This document shows positions 21,264-34,261 of a stretch of 64,000 nt of DNA, in pieces. Below the pieces are notes generated by a model that made no database searches, had not been told where the DNA came from, and saw only the letters and a program-made list of their open reading frames with translations. The DNA is from Gammaproteobacteria bacterium (GTDB lineage: Bacteria > Pseudomonadota > Gammaproteobacteria > CAKMZV01). The DNA is taken from the NCBI GenBank assembly GCA_965219665.1, contig CBDCOD010000024.1, positions 209,633 through 273,632 on the forward strand, given 5' to 3'. Position numbers and translations under genes: made by a program. Each line of letters begins with the position of its first letter. The stretch's first letter is position 1.

Positions 21264-22163
21264 ATGACCTCTAACATGATGCACTTTTCTACATTAATTG
21301 AGCAGCTACATGCCTTTTGGAGTAAACGAGGGTGTGTGATCCTACAACCCATGGATATGGAGGTAGGTGCAGGCACCTTTCACCCCGCTACCTTTCTGCG
21401 CTCTATTGGCCCTGAGCCCTGGAGTAGTGCATATGTGCAGCCATCCAGACGTCCAACAGATGGACGCTATGGCGACAATCCCAACCGGTTACAGCATTAT
21501 TATCAGTATCAGGTTGTACTCAAACCTTCCCCATCGAATATTCAAGAGTTGTATTTACAGTCACTTACTGAAATTGGCATTGATATGTTGGTGCATGATG
21601 TCCGCTTTGTAGAGGATAACTGGGAGTCGCCTACCTTGGGTGCTTGGGGACTGGGTTGGGAGGTTTGGCTCAATGGCATGGAGGTTACTCAATTCACTTA
21701 TTTTCAGCAGGTTGGTGGTATAGAGTGCGCTCCAGTGAGTGGTGAAATCACTTATGGCTTAGAGCGGTTGGCAATGTACTTACAAGGTGTGGATCGGGTG
21801 TACGATTTGATCTGGACAGAAAATGAGCATGGCATTGTGCGCTATGGTGATGTATTTCATCAAAATGAGGTGGAGCAGTCTGCCTATAATTTTGAGCATG
21901 CTGATATCAGTGACTTAGGGCGGCAGTTTGATCAAGCAGAGCAAGTGAGTCAGCAGTTGGTCATGAAAAAACTACCCATGCCTGCTTATGAGCAAGCATT
22001 AAAGGCGTCACATTTGTTTAATTTATTGGATGCGCGCAAGGCGATTAGTGTTACTGAGCGGCAGCGCTTTATTTTCAGGGTGCGGCAAATGACACAGTCC
22101 GTAGCGCAGTGTTATTACGAAAGCCGTGAAGCACTGGGCTTTCCATTGCTTCAATCCAAATAA
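21264..22163 (+). CDS. glyQ: glycine--tRNA ligase alpha subunit
   Basis: 299 aa, ...[14 protein letters not shown]...[29 protein letters not shown]. Confidence 0.9.
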   Translation: MTSNMMHFSTLIEQLHAFWSKRGCVILQPMDMEVGAGTFHPATFLRSIGPEPWSSAYVQPSRRPTDGRYGDNPNRLQHYYQYQVVLKPSPSNIQELYLQSLTEIGIDMLVHDVRFVEDNWESPTLGAWGLGWEVWLNGMEVTQFTYFQQVGGIECAPVSGEITYGLERLAMYLQGVDRVYDLIWTENEHGIVRYGDVFHQNEVEQSAYNFEHADISDLGRQFDQAEQVSQQLVMKKLPMPAYEQALKASHLFNLLDARKAISVTERQRFIFRVRQMTQSVAQCYYESREALGFPLLQSK

Positions 22164-22176
22164 ATTAGTGAGTGAT

Positions 22177-24264
22177 ATGTCAACAGAATATGTGGTTTTT
22201 GAGCTGGGTGTTGAGGAGTTACCTGCTGCACAACTTAATACAATGCAACGTGCACTACAAGCCTCGGTTGAGAAAGCCTTGCGGATGGGCAAGTGGCAGT
22301 TCAGTGTGGTGCGCCCGATTGCTACGCCGCGCCGTATAGGTTTTGGCATAGAGAGCGTACAGATGCAGCAAGACCCCTTTAGTGAAGAAGTGAAAGGTCC
22401 TCCTTGTGATGCGCCTGAGCAAGCTGCAAAAGGTTTTGCTAAGAAATTGGGTCTCAATCTGGCTGATTTGCAGCGTAAATCTATTGCAGGCAAGGCGTAT
22501 TATTTTGGAGTGAAGCAGGTGCCGAGCGTTATGCTTGCTGGGGTACTACCTGCTATTATTGATGAGGCATTGCATAGTTTGCCCATTCCTAAAAAAATGC
22601 GTTGGGGGTCATCAAAACTGGCATTTCTGCGACCAGTACGGTGGGCATTTTTACAGGTAGGGGCTAAACCGGTTCACGCAGTGATTATGGGTATGGATAC
22701 GCTACCCCACAGTTATGGTCATCGTTTTCATCACCCCGGAAAGGTATTTATAGCACATGCACAGAGTTATTTTGAGCAGCTGATGCAGGCGTATGTTGTG
22801 GCAGATCCCGATGAGCGGACAGCACGTATTCGACAGCAGTTAGGTGAGATTGAGGACAATAAAGCGGTGCGAGTGGTTATTGAACAGGATTTGTTGGAAG
22901 AGGTGAGTGCGTTGGTAGAGTGGCCGGTTGCAATAATGGGGGAATTCCCTACACGTTTTTTAGACTTGCCTGAAGAATGCCTTATTTCAACTATGAAGAG
23001 CAATCAAAAGTATTTTCATGTTCGGAAATTAGAGGAAGGAGCACTGCTCCCATACTTTGTGACAATTGCCAATATTCAGAGTCGTGAACCTGATAAGATT
23101 ATTCATGGTAATGAGCGGGTGATTATTCCACGTTTTGAGGATGCAGCATTTTTCTATCAAAACGATATTAAGCAGCAACTTGAGGACTATGCACCAGGAC
23201 TTAAGGAAATGGTCTTTGAGCACTCTTTGGGCAGTATTGCTGACAAGGTGGAGCGCGTTACGGCAATAGCAGTTGCGCTTGTAAAGGAGTGCAATATAGG
23301 GAATGAGGCGCATATAGAGCGATCGGCTCAGTTGTGTAAGTGTGACTTGTTAAGTGACATGGTGGGTGAATTTCCATCGCTACAGGGGATTATGGGACGA
23401 TACTACGCACAATATTGTGGTGAGGACAAAGCAGTGGCAGATGCTATTGAGGAGCATTATAAGCCGCGCTTTGCTGGTGATGATATTGCCTTCTGTGCAG
23501 AAGGTAGAATTTTGGCTATTGCAGATAAGATGGATACTATTTGTGGCATTTTTTCAATCGGTAAGCAGCCAACCAGTGAGCGCGATCCATTTGCTTTGCG
23601 GCGTGGCGCGTTAGGCGTTATCCGCACAATAGTTGAGGCACGGTTGCCAATAGACTGGTTGTCATTAGTTGAACAAATCGTCTCTATATATGAGCGACGG
23701 AACGCTGCATTATTTGAGAATAGGGATGACAAGGCGGAGGTGATTAAGCAGATCAGAGCGTTTATGCAGGATCGCTTTATTGCCTATTACGCCAATCAAG
23801 GCTGGCGAGTTCAGACGATACGGGGAGTGTTGGGTGCTGTCCCTTCTCCCAGTAATTTTTTCGATGCTTATCAGCGGCTTGATGCTGTACGTCAGTTTGA
23901 GCAATTGCCTGAGGCAAAAATTTTGAGTGATATGGCTAAACGTATTGACAATATTTTGAAACAGGCAGCGGATATGGGTACGTGTTGTACCCATACTGAT
24001 ATCGATGAAAAACGATTGGAAAAGGTAGAGAAAGATTTGTTAGATAAAGTGTGTGGAGTCGAGTACGCTTTTTCAAACATATCCGCTGGGTGGTCAAAAC
24101 GACTAGAGCTTTTAGTTGGTATTGCGCCTAAATTAAGTGATTTTTTTGATCAGGTTATGGTGTTTGATGAGGATGAGGTGGTACGCACTAATCGTTTAGC
24201 CTTGCTGCACCGAACTCAAGATCAGATGCGTTCAGTGGTTGATGCATCTGCGCTGCAATTGTAA
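22177..24264 (+). CDS. glyS: glycine--tRNA ligase beta subunit
   Basis: About 695 aa starting at MSTEYVVFELGVEELP. The ORF-track start at 22126 overlaps the glyQ end. Confidence 0.9.
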   Translation: MSTEYVVFELGVEELPAAQLNTMQRALQASVEKALRMGKWQFSVVRPIATPRRIGFGIESVQMQQDPFSEEVKGPPCDAPEQAAKGFAKKLGLNLADLQRKSIAGKAYYFGVKQVPSVMLAGVLPAIIDEALHSLPIPKKMRWGSSKLAFLRPVRWAFLQVGAKPVHAVIMGMDTLPHSYGHRFHHPGKVFIAHAQSYFEQLMQAYVVADPDERTARIRQQLGEIEDNKAVRVVIEQDLLEEVSALVEWPVAIMGEFPTRFLDLPEECLISTMKSNQKYFHVRKLEEGALLPYFVTIANIQSREPDKIIHGNERVIIPRFEDAAFFYQNDIKQQLEDYAPGLKEMVFEHSLGSIADKVERVTAIAVALVKECNIGNEAHIERSAQLCKCDLLSDMVGEFPSLQGIMGRYYAQYCGEDKAVADAIEEHYKPRFAGDDIAFCAEGRILAIADKMDTICGIFSIGKQPTSERDPFALRRGALGVIRTIVEARLPIDWLSLVEQIVSIYERRNAALFENRDDKAEVIKQIRAFMQDRFIAYYANQGWRVQTIRGVLGAVPSPSNFFDAYQRLDAVRQFEQLPEAKILSDMAKRIDNILKQAADMGTCCTHTDIDEKRLEKVEKDLLDKVCGVEYAFSNISAGWSKRLELLVGIAPKLSDFFDQVMVFDEDEVVRTNRLALLHRTQDQMRSVVDASALQL

Positions 24265-24267
24265 GTT

Positions 24268-24810
24268 ATGTGGTCACGACTGCCTAATGCAATCACCATA
24301 TTTCGTATTGCAATTATTCCCGTTTTTTTATGGGTATACTTGAGTCCGTTAGAGCATGCTAACTGGATAAGTATGCTGCTATTTATTATGGCAGGTATCA
24401 GTGATGGTGTGGATGGCTATGTTGCACGACGGTGGCAGATAGAGTCTTCCTTTGGTCGGTTTTTAGACCCTGTTGCCGATAAACTTATTGTGATGGCGGC
24501 TATTTTGGTGATGGTTGCAGAGTATATGCACTGGCTATATGTTGCTGCGGCATTTATTTTAGTTGGGCGTGATTTTCTTATATCGGCATTGCGTGAGTGG
24601 GTAGGCACTAATACCATGGTTTTAGGTGTTTCTATTTGGGGGAAATGGAAAACTTTTATCCAATTCTGGGCACTGTCTTTTCTTATTTTGGGAGAGACGG
24701 TTTGGGGGATAGATTTTGTCATGTTGGGTAATGCAGCACTAGTGGTGGCTGTTTTTCTGTCAGTGTTCTCGTTGTATCTATACGTGCAGAGCTTTTTGCG
24801 GCAACTATGA
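24268..24810 (+). CDS. pgsA: CDP-diacylglycerol--glycerol-3-phosphate 3-phosphatidyltransferase
   Basis: 180 aa with the CDP-alcohol phosphatidyltransferase motif DGVDGYVARRW...GRFLDPVADKL. Confidence 0.8.
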   Translation: MWSRLPNAITIFRIAIIPVFLWVYLSPLEHANWISMLLFIMAGISDGVDGYVARRWQIESSFGRFLDPVADKLIVMAAILVMVAEYMHWLYVAAAFILVGRDFLISALREWVGTNTMVLGVSIWGKWKTFIQFWALSFLILGETVWGIDFVMLGNAALVVAVFLSVFSLYLYVQSFLRQL

Positions 24811-25040
24811 CATGGCATATAACACAATTGCGTTACGAAAGTAGTGACTTAATAATTAGTTTACAGTATTATGGTGCTAATCTGCATGTGAGCGTAGATA
24901 ATAGTAAAGCCTTAGTAGAAGAAGATTTTGATACTATGGAGGATGCGAGTGCTTACTTAGAGAATATACTGGGGAAGGGGCGCTGGCAGGATGTACAAAA
25001 GAACTGGGTAGAAATAACTTATCGCCGGGTTGAGAGGTAA
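24807..25040 (+). CDS. hypothetical small protein
   Basis: 77-aa ORF whose start overlaps the pgsA stop (ATGA), suggesting translational coupling. No recognisable motif. Confidence 0.3.
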   Translation: MTWHITQLRYESSDLIISLQYYGANLHVSVDNSKALVEEDFDTMEDASAYLENILGKGRWQDVQKNWVEITYRRVER

Positions 25041-25044
25041 ACAA

Positions 25045-25791
25045 ATGGTTTTTTTTAGAAAAATTTGGGTAGCAATAGCACTTAGCATGACTGTTTTAAC
25101 AGTTGCTGCTGAAGAACTAGACTTTAGTGGTGGGTTTAGTGGATTAACTGCGGAGGCGGCTGAGGAGCGATTTAATAATATCAGTACAGATTTGGGAAAT
25201 TTTATTAGTTTTCGAGATGGGCAAGCCGCAGGTACGCCCTGGTTTCGTTTTGGAATCAATACTGCATTTGCCTCTTTGCAGAGTTCGGAGGATTTTGAGA
25301 GTGTTGATGTGAACACAGAGGCTTTAGCATTACCACAGTTTTATGCTGGTTTTGGGTTTAGGAGTTTTGATGTGTCGTTAACGTATATTAACGCGAGTCT
25401 GATAGATGCTCAAGTTGTTGGTGGTAGCCTAAAGTATGCTATTGTTGATCATATTGCCTTGCCAAGCGTATCTGCCCGAGTTGGATATTCGCAGTTAAAC
25501 GGCATTGATGCTTTGCGTTTGAGTACGGTGAATATTGACTTAACGGTGTCTAAAAATTTCTTGTTTGTTGAGCCGTATGCCCAGTTGGGCCTTGTGCAGA
25601 CAGCGGCTACTCTGGATGAAGATAAGATTGACGGTTTTGACGAGAATGTGGCAGCCTATGAACAAAGCGATGTGCGCTGGACTATTGGTTTAAATTTTAC
25701 AGTGGCTGTGGTGCTAGATATTGGTGTTTCCTACGGGCAAATTGGCTCTAATCCAGGTGTAACCACTGTTAATTTTGGACTGGGTCTTTAA
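25045..25791 (+). CDS. putative secreted/outer-membrane beta-barrel protein
   Basis: Signal peptide MVFFRKIWVAIALSMTVLTVAA followed by alternating amphipathic beta-strand-like segments. Gly/aromatic-rich. Confidence 0.45.
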   Translation: MVFFRKIWVAIALSMTVLTVAAEELDFSGGFSGLTAEAAEERFNNISTDLGNFISFRDGQAAGTPWFRFGINTAFASLQSSEDFESVDVNTEALALPQFYAGFGFRSFDVSLTYINASLIDAQVVGGSLKYAIVDHIALPSVSARVGYSQLNGIDALRLSTVNIDLTVSKNFLFVEPYAQLGLVQTAATLDEDKIDGFDENVAAYEQSDVRWTIGLNFTVAVVLDIGVSYGQIGSNPGVTTVNFGLGL

Positions 25792-27028
25792 GATATTGTG
25801 ATAGGTGATGCCGATAGCACTGTAGGATATGTTTGCTATGCTCCTCAATGTGTTGTGCAGCACACTCTTGTAGTTGCTGCATTACTGTAGGGTTTTCTAA
25901 TAATTGCATTACTGCTTCTATTGCAGCATCGTAAGACTGTGCCTGAATAAGTGCTTTACTGGCCAGCATGCTACTGGTTTCGTGCGCAAAGTTGTCCATA
26001 TTTGGTCCAGTAATAACGGCAGTTCCAGATGCTGCCGGTTCTAAAATATTATGTCCTCCTTTTTTTGTAAAAGATCCTCCCATAATGGAGATGGCAGCTT
26101 GTAGATATAGTGATTCTGCTTTCCCCAACTGATTGATGATGTGTATGGCGTTGTTTAGTTGGGGGGTGTCTCCAACACTAATAGACAGGTTGGGGAAGCG
26201 TTGAGTCAATTGTTTTTTTAGAGTGTTTGCGCGCTCAGGGTGGCGGGGCGTTATAACAATTGGTAGTGTCAGTTTGGACTCTATACAGCGTGCAATCAAT
26301 TGCTGCTCTTCAGGCTCATGCGTAGACGCTAATAATAAAAAAGGCGTGAGGGACTTTGAGGGTTTTTGTATGGTGAGTGTGCTGTATTTTAGATTGCCTA
26401 AGACAGTGCACCGCTCTTTAGGCGCTCCTAATGCTATGAATTTTTTTTGGTTTTCAGCATCTTTTACATAGATGTGCTCTGTAAAGTTTAAACTATATTT
26501 GTAAAGTGATTTGAGCCAAGCCGGCGCTGATAAGGTGCGTTGGCTCAGGCGAGCATTGATAAGCGTGATGGGTATAGATTGGGTGGTACACGTATAGAAT
26601 AAATTTGGCCATATTTCGGTTTCTACCACCCATAATATTTTGGGCTTTGTGGCTTGTAAAAAGCGGTTGATACTGCTGCACCAATCAAAGGGGAGTGCAC
26701 AAACAGTTGCTTGAGGGATGCGTTGTTGAGCATAGTGATAGGCAGTAGAAGTGGTTACAGTGATGAGGAGAGGTTCAGCCATGTACGATGCTAGGGTAGT
26801 TATACTACTGATTTCGCCAACTGATGCACAGTGCAACCAGCCACTATGTGGTGTGATGTTTGGGTAAACAAAACCAAAGCGCTGCGCTATAAAACGCAGG
26901 TTAAAGTTACGCCTAATAGATTCAGCGATGATATAGCCTACGATAAATGGGCTGAATGCAACAAGCAATAGGCGATAACGCCAGAGGGCTTTCCGGTAGG
27001 CAGTTGGGTAGGTATGGTTTGCTATCAT
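25769..27028 (-). CDS. waaA: 3-deoxy-D-manno-octulosonic acid (Kdo) transferase
   Basis: 419 aa with an N-terminal membrane anchor, WLHCASVGE motif, and a C-terminal GT-B domain. Confidence 0.85.
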   Translation of the reverse strand: MIANHTYPTAYRKALWRYRLLLVAFSPFIVGYIIAESIRRNFNLRFIAQRFGFVYPNITPHSGWLHCASVGEISSITTLASYMAEPLLITVTTSTAYHYAQQRIPQATVCALPFDWCSSINRFLQATKPKILWVVETEIWPNLFYTCTTQSIPITLINARLSQRTLSAPAWLKSLYKYSLNFTEHIYVKDAENQKKFIALGAPKERCTVLGNLKYSTLTIQKPSKSLTPFLLLASTHEPEEQQLIARCIESKLTLPIVITPRHPERANTLKKQLTQRFPNLSISVGDTPQLNNAIHIINQLGKAESLYLQAAISIMGGSFTKKGGHNILEPAASGTAVITGPNMDNFAHETSSMLASKALIQAQSYDAAIEAVMQLLENPTVMQQLQECAAQHIEEHSKHILQCYRHHLSQYLKDPVQN

Positions 27029-27035
27029 GGCGTAC

Positions 27036-28007
27036 CTACAATAGGGTTTTGTGCGCCCGATGGGGTATCTCTCGAACCAGTCGCGGGACTAAATATCCAG
27101 GAAGGCGCTGTTGCAGTAGCTGGTGTAGTTCGCGCGCATTATCATCGGCAACACTGAAGTGTGCTGTGCCGGTTACAGGATCTAATTGATGTAGATAATA
27201 AGGCAATATGTGGGCAGAAAACAAAGATTTGCTGAGCGTCTCTAAGGTGCCGATATCATCATTGACGCCCTTTAATAGAACGCTCTGGTTTAAGAGTTGT
27301 ATGGGCATCCTACTAAGAGGAGCGAGTGCTTTGCTGAGTGTGTCGTCTAATTCATTGGGGTGGTTTATGTGCAGAACAATGCATATTTGCCATGGCAGGC
27401 TGTTTAACCAGCGCATAAAGCCTTCATCTAAGCGCGCACTGTGCGCAACGGGTGTACGGGTGTGTATGCGTAGGCGCTTAATATGTGATATGGTCGCCAG
27501 CATTGTTGTTATTTTTTGTAGTTGGTGGTTGCTAAGTGATAAAGGATCACCACCACTGAGAATGATTTCCTCTATGGAATCATCGGTTTCTAGTCTATGC
27601 TTAATACGCTCTAAATCTTTTGGTTTTAGACTTTTCGCTGCATAGGGGTAGTTTTGTCTAAAGCAATATCTACAGTGAATCGTGCAGTGCCCTGTGGTTA
27701 TAAGAAGCGCGCGGTTTTTATACTTTTGGATGAGTCCAGCGTCTTGGTGAAACAAAGTAGATTCTTGTAAAGGGTCTTGCTGTTCATGTGGTGCTGTTAT
27801 ATGCTCAAGGTTAGAGGGTAAGATTTGCTGGAGTAAGGGGTCTATTGGATTGCTCCAGTCTATTTTTCTTGCGTACTCTTTGCTTACCTTGAAGGGAAAA
27901 GAGGAAGTATCCGATAGATGAGCAGAGAGTTTCCTATGAGCAGGATGATTAAGCTGTGCTTTTAGAGCATCTAAAGTCAAGGAAAATGCAGTGTTTTGTG
28001 GTATCAT
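27036..28007 (-). CDS. epmB: EF-P beta-lysylation protein EpmB (lysine 2,3-aminomutase-like, radical SAM)
   Basis: CTIHCRYCFR radical-SAM cysteine motif. Divergently arranged with efp. Confidence 0.85.
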   Translation of the reverse strand: MIPQNTAFSLTLDALKAQLNHPAHRKLSAHLSDTSSFPFKVSKEYARKIDWSNPIDPLLQQILPSNLEHITAPHEQQDPLQESTLFHQDAGLIQKYKNRALLITTGHCTIHCRYCFRQNYPYAAKSLKPKDLERIKHRLETDDSIEEIILSGGDPLSLSNHQLQKITTMLATISHIKRLRIHTRTPVAHSARLDEGFMRWLNSLPWQICIVLHINHPNELDDTLSKALAPLSRMPIQLLNQSVLLKGVNDDIGTLETLSKSLFSAHILPYYLHQLDPVTGTAHFSVADDNARELHQLLQQRLPGYLVPRLVREIPHRAHKTLL

Positions 28008-28044
28008 GTTAGCTGTTTTTTAAGGTTAAATTGTATCTGTTTTT

Positions 28045-28611
28045 ATGGGTAATATTAAGTCAAATGATTTAAAAGGGGGCACAAAAATCTTGTTAGATAG
28101 TGCACCATGTACTGTGGTCAGTCATGAGCATATTCAGCCCGGGAAAGGGCAGGCTTTTGTTCGGGTTAATTATCGTAATTTGCTCACGGGCAGGGTTTTG
28201 GAAAAAACATTCAAGTCTGGGGAAGCCATAGAGACAGCAGATGTGTTGGAATTAGAGTTGCAATTTTTGTATGGTGATGGGGAGTACTGGCATTTTATGG
28301 ATGCTAACACTTTTGAGCAGTATCAAGCAGATGAAGCAGCGATGGCTGGGAGCGTTCGTTGGATATCAGAGCAGGATGTTTGTACAGTGGTTTTGTGGAA
28401 TGGGCAAGTCATTAGTGTTATACCGCCAATGTTTGTGCAGTTGGAAGTAACGCATACAGAGCCTGGACTTAAAGGAGATACCACTGGAACGGCAAATAAG
28501 CCAGCGACACTATCAACAGGAACCAGCATAGGGGTCCCATTATTCGTACAGGTTGGGGATATGCTTAAAATTGACACTCGCACGGGCGAGTATGTTTCTA
28601 GGGCAAAGTAG
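28045..28611 (+). CDS. efp: elongation factor P
   Basis: 188 aa with a KOW-like N-terminal domain and the conserved loop VSHEHIQPGKGQAFVRV (the lysine site). Confidence 0.9.
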   Translation: MGNIKSNDLKGGTKILLDSAPCTVVSHEHIQPGKGQAFVRVNYRNLLTGRVLEKTFKSGEAIETADVLELELQFLYGDGEYWHFMDANTFEQYQADEAAMAGSVRWISEQDVCTVVLWNGQVISVIPPMFVQLEVTHTEPGLKGDTTGTANKPATLSTGTSIGVPLFVQVGDMLKIDTRTGEYVSRAK

Positions 28612-28633
28612 CTGCTATTGATATAGCGCGTAG

Positions 28634-31035
<2,402 letters not shown>

Positions 31036-31036
<1 letters not shown>

Positions 31037-31623
31037 TGTTCACCGGGATCGTTCGCGCATTAGGGCGCATTCAATCTATTCATCATAGGCAGCAGGGAGC
31101 TCAAGTTATTGTTCAGTCAGAGCACATGCCTGCTTTGCAGATTGGAGATAGCATAGCGGTTAATGGTTGCTGTGTAACGGTTACTGCATTGGGTGATTCG
31201 GTTTTTCATGCAGATATTTCTTCTGAAACGATTAGTAAAACTACATGGGGCCTGATGCAGGATAGTGATGTTGTCAATTTGGAGCCTGCACTAACATTGG
31301 GGGATGCCTTAGGTGGGCATTGGGTTAGTGGGCATGTTGATGATTGTGCTATTATAACTGCTATAGAACCTGTTGGTGACAGTTGGCAAGTGTCTATTCA
31401 GGTAGGTAGGCAATGGCAGCGTTTTATTGCGCCAAAAGGGTCTGTCACTTTAGATGGTATTAGTTTAACGGTGAATGATTGTATAGGAGACTGCTTTACA
31501 GTAGCACTTATCCCACATACAAGACAACACACCATTGCGCAATTTTGGGCAGTAGGGCAGCACATAAACTTAGAAATTGATGTGTTAGCACGCTATATAC
31601 TCCACGCAAGAAAATATGACTAA
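31036..31623 (+). CDS. ribE: riboflavin synthase alpha chain
   Basis: MFTGIV start (GTG overlapping the gyrB stop) and duplicated lumazine-binding half-domains. Confidence 0.85.
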
Positions 31624-31789
31624 TCTTCAGCTTTTTAGTATTAAAGAAGCCAGTGTATGGGCAAGCTCTTTTCTAAAAAAAGATATCAGTGAATCTAATA
31701 TCTCATACCTTATCCAATATGGCAGAATAAGGAAAGTCAGTTCAGGTATAACCCTTATGAGCCTACACCTTACGAGCGCTGGACGTTAG
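31616..31789 (+). CDS. putative small HTH protein (57 aa, below ORF-track cutoff)
   Basis: The ATG overlaps the ribE stop. MTNLQLFSIKEASVWASSFLKKDISESNISYLIQYGRIRKV resembles AlpA/excisionase/MerR-type HTH_17 helices. Confidence 0.2.
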   Translation: MTNLQLFSIKEASVWASSFLKKDISESNISYLIQYGRIRKVSSGITLMSLHLTSAGR

Positions 31790-31957
31790 TCGGACTTTTT
31801 GATCTGCAGCAGGAAGTGAAAGTGGGTAAGGATTTTTGGGATTTTTTGGGTGGCGAAGGTGCGTATGAAGACTTGCTAACTATTTTTGAAAATGTAGGAA
31901 ATATTTTGCGCAAGGACATTGACCATAAAATAAAAAATTTGGGAGTGAGAAGCAGGA

Positions 31958-32998
31958 ATGTTTAGTTCTATTGAGCAAATTATTGAAGATTTTCGCCAAG
32001 GTAAGATGGTTATTTTGGTAGATGATGAAGATCGTGAGAATGAAGGGGATTTGATTATATCAGCACACGCAGTGCGCACTGATGACATCAACTTCATGGC
32101 GTCGCAGGCGCGTGGTTTGATTTGTTTAACACTGACCGAACAGCGTTGTCAGCAGTTAAATTTACCCTTGATGGTGAGTAACAACTCCAGTGGCACGAAC
32201 TTTACTGTATCTATCGATGCCAAAGAGGCATCAACTGGCATTTCTGCTGCAGAGCGTGCGCATACTATCAGAAGAGCAGTGGATCCAAATGCTATTGCAC
32301 AGGATTTTGTACAGCCTGGACATGTTTTCCCTTTGATGGCGCGTTCAGGCGGGACTTTAATTCGTGCAGGGCATACGGAAGCGGGCTGCGATTTATCCAT
32401 GTTGGCAGGAGAGGCAGACCCTGCTGCAGTGATTGTGGAAATTATGAACGAAGACGGTAGCATGGCGCGCCGTCCTGATCTGGAGGTTTTTGCAAAAAAA
32501 TATGGGATAAAAATTGGTACAATTGCTGACTTGATTCGTTATCGCATGCGTCATGAAAAGCTACTGAAGCACACGCATAGTGAGGAACTAAGAAACGAAT
32601 TTGGCACATTTGAGTTGCATTATTATCAAGATACAATCAATCAGCAACAACATTATGCGTTGACCTTTGGTGATTATCGAGCGCAGCCATACACATTAGT
32701 GCGGGCACATGTACAGTCCGCATTACATGATATACTCTTTAGTCAAACAAATGCGTATCGTTGGCGTAGTGCGGAAGTGATGGAAAAAATTGTAGAAAAT
32801 GGGCACGGAGTTTTAGTGATTTTATCCGAAGAGAGCAGTCAAGCAGATGATGCTAAAAATTTTGGCAAAGGTGCTGCCATCTTAAGTGATTTGGGCATTA
32901 AAAAAATGGAAGTATTGGGCTCTGAGCAGGGTAACCAGCCCTATAGTGGCTTTGGTTTAGATGTGGTACGCTTTATTCCAAAGGGGGATACAGCGTAA
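31958..32998 (+). CDS. ribB: 3,4-dihydroxy-2-butanone 4-phosphate synthase with C-terminal degenerate GTP-cyclohydrolase-II-like domain (RibBA-like)
   Basis: N-domain with [25 protein letters not shown] and DHBP synthase motifs. The C-domain aligns to RibA but the zinc-ligand cysteines are replaced ([22 protein letters not shown]), so it is probably inactive as GCHII. Confidence 0.85.
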   Translation: MFSSIEQIIEDFRQGKMVILVDDEDRENEGDLIISAHAVRTDDINFMASQARGLICLTLTEQRCQQLNLPLMVSNNSSGTNFTVSIDAKEASTGISAAERAHTIRRAVDPNAIAQDFVQPGHVFPLMARSGGTLIRAGHTEAGCDLSMLAGEADPAAVIVEIMNEDGSMARRPDLEVFAKKYGIKIGTIADLIRYRMRHEKLLKHTHSEELRNEFGTFELHYYQDTINQQQHYALTFGDYRAQPYTLVRAHVQSALHDILFSQTNAYRWRSAEVMEKIVENGHGVLVILSEESSQADDAKNFGKGAAILSDLGIKKMEVLGSEQGNQPYSGFGLDVVRFIPKGDTA

Positions 32999-33140
32999 AA
33001 ATGTAGTTTCCCATAAAAGAACAGCCGCATTAGTGGCGGCTGTCAGTCGAGGGCACTTAAGCATACCTCGGGGGGGTAAGGTGATTATTGTACAGAAAAA
33101 AATGCACAAAAAGTAAAGAAATACACAAAAAATAATAAAA

Positions 33141-33776
33141 ATGACCAAGTGTAATAAGACGAATAAAGAAAGAGCCATTGTATGTATTGATGGATTCAAC
33201 TTGTATTACGGCATAAAAGAATTGAAGAAACCGATGTATAAGTGGTTAGATGTTCAGAAATTGGCAGAGAGTTTTACGGCGAAAATTCATGCTGAAGTTA
33301 TTCAAATTAAATACTTCACCAGCTGTATAGCAGGAGGCTGCCCTAGAGGCAGTGACACGCGTCAGAAAATTTATTTATCTGCTTTAGCAACATTGCCTAA
33401 AGTAAACATATACTACGGCAAATTTCTATCTAAGCCGCGTATCTGCAAGCATTGTAGGGAATGCTATACTATTTTTGAGGAAAAGCAAACAGATGTGAAC
33501 CTTGCTTGCGAGTTATTGTCAGATGCTTATGAGAACCGCTTTGATCGAGTGTATATTGTCAGTGGTGATAGCGACTTAATTACGGCTGTTGAAAAGGCAA
33601 GCAAGCTGGATAAAAAAATATACATGGCATTTCCTCCAAATAGGACAAGTAGTATTTTAAGTAAAAAAGTTACAAAATTTCATATTAAAGCACAGCGGCT
33701 TAAAGCGTGTTTATTGCCCCAACAGATAAGCACCAAGCGAGGCAAAGTGTTGTACTGCCCTGAGGCGTGGCAATAG
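33141..33776 (+). CDS. NYN-domain (LabA/DUF88-like PIN-fold) protein with CxxC zinc-ribbon-like insert
   Basis: IVCIDGFNLYYG ... YIVSGDSDLITAVE acidic catalytic-type residues typical of NYN domains, plus a Cys cluster CKHCREC. There is an AT-rich upstream leader. Confidence 0.6.
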   Translation: MTKCNKTNKERAIVCIDGFNLYYGIKELKKPMYKWLDVQKLAESFTAKIHAEVIQIKYFTSCIAGGCPRGSDTRQKIYLSALATLPKVNIYYGKFLSKPRICKHCRECYTIFEEKQTDVNLACELLSDAYENRFDRVYIVSGDSDLITAVEKASKLDKKIYMAFPPNRTSSILSKKVTKFHIKAQRLKACLLPQQISTKRGKVLYCPEAWQ

Positions 33777-33778
33777 AC

Positions 33779-34261
33779 ATGGCAAAGAAAAGAGCAGAGA
33801 ATACGATTGCTGAAAATCGCAAGGCGCGGCATGACTATCATATAGAAGAAAAAATAGAAGCAGGGTTGGTTCTGCAAGGCTGGGAAGTGAAAAGCCTGCG
33901 TGCTGGTAAAGCACAGTTGCGTGATAGTTATGTGAAAATTGTGCGTGGTGAGGCATTCGTGATAGGTTTACTCATTAGCCCCTTAGTGACTGCATCAACA
34001 CATGTGGAAACAGACTCTATGCGTAGCCGTAAATTATTATTAAAAATGCGTGAAATCAGTCGTCTTACAGGGCAAATTGAACGTGGTGGTTATACGGCTG
34101 TGCTGCTTGCGCTCTATTGGAAAACGGGTAAGGTAAAGGCAAGTCTTGGTATTGCTAAGGGTCGTAAAGAACATGATAAGCGTCAAGTGATTAAGGAGCG
34201 GGACTGGAATAGGGACAAAGAGCGGATTATGGCGCGCCGTACTACAAGGGGGACTAATTAG
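33779..34261 (+). CDS. smpB: SsrA-binding protein
   Basis: MAKKRAENTIAENRKARHDYHIEE...; canonical SmpB. Confidence 0.9.
   Translation: MAKKRAENTIAENRKARHDYHIEEKIEAGLVLQGWEVKSLRAGKAQLRDSYVKIVRGEAFVIGLLISPLVTASTHVETDSMRSRKLLLKMREISRLTGQIERGGYTAVLLALYWKTGKVKASLGIAKGRKEHDKRQVIKERDWNRDKERIMARRTTRGTN

Noticed and set aside
31624-31957. Possible FMN riboswitch (RFN element) upstream of ribBA
   Set aside because: The 330-bp gap has a weak AGTGAAAGT...GG resemblance but lacks the conserved RFN cores (GGGGCAGGGUGAAAUUCCC, CCGACCGGCGGUAGUAAAGC, GAUGGGAGA). It contains only a 57-codon HTH-like ORF.
33779-34261. Expected ssrA (tmRNA) gene next to smpB
   Set aside because: smpB is immediately followed (at the same nucleotide) by the manC-like gene and preceded by the NYN gene. 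No tRNA-like or tmRNA-like sequence is nearby.
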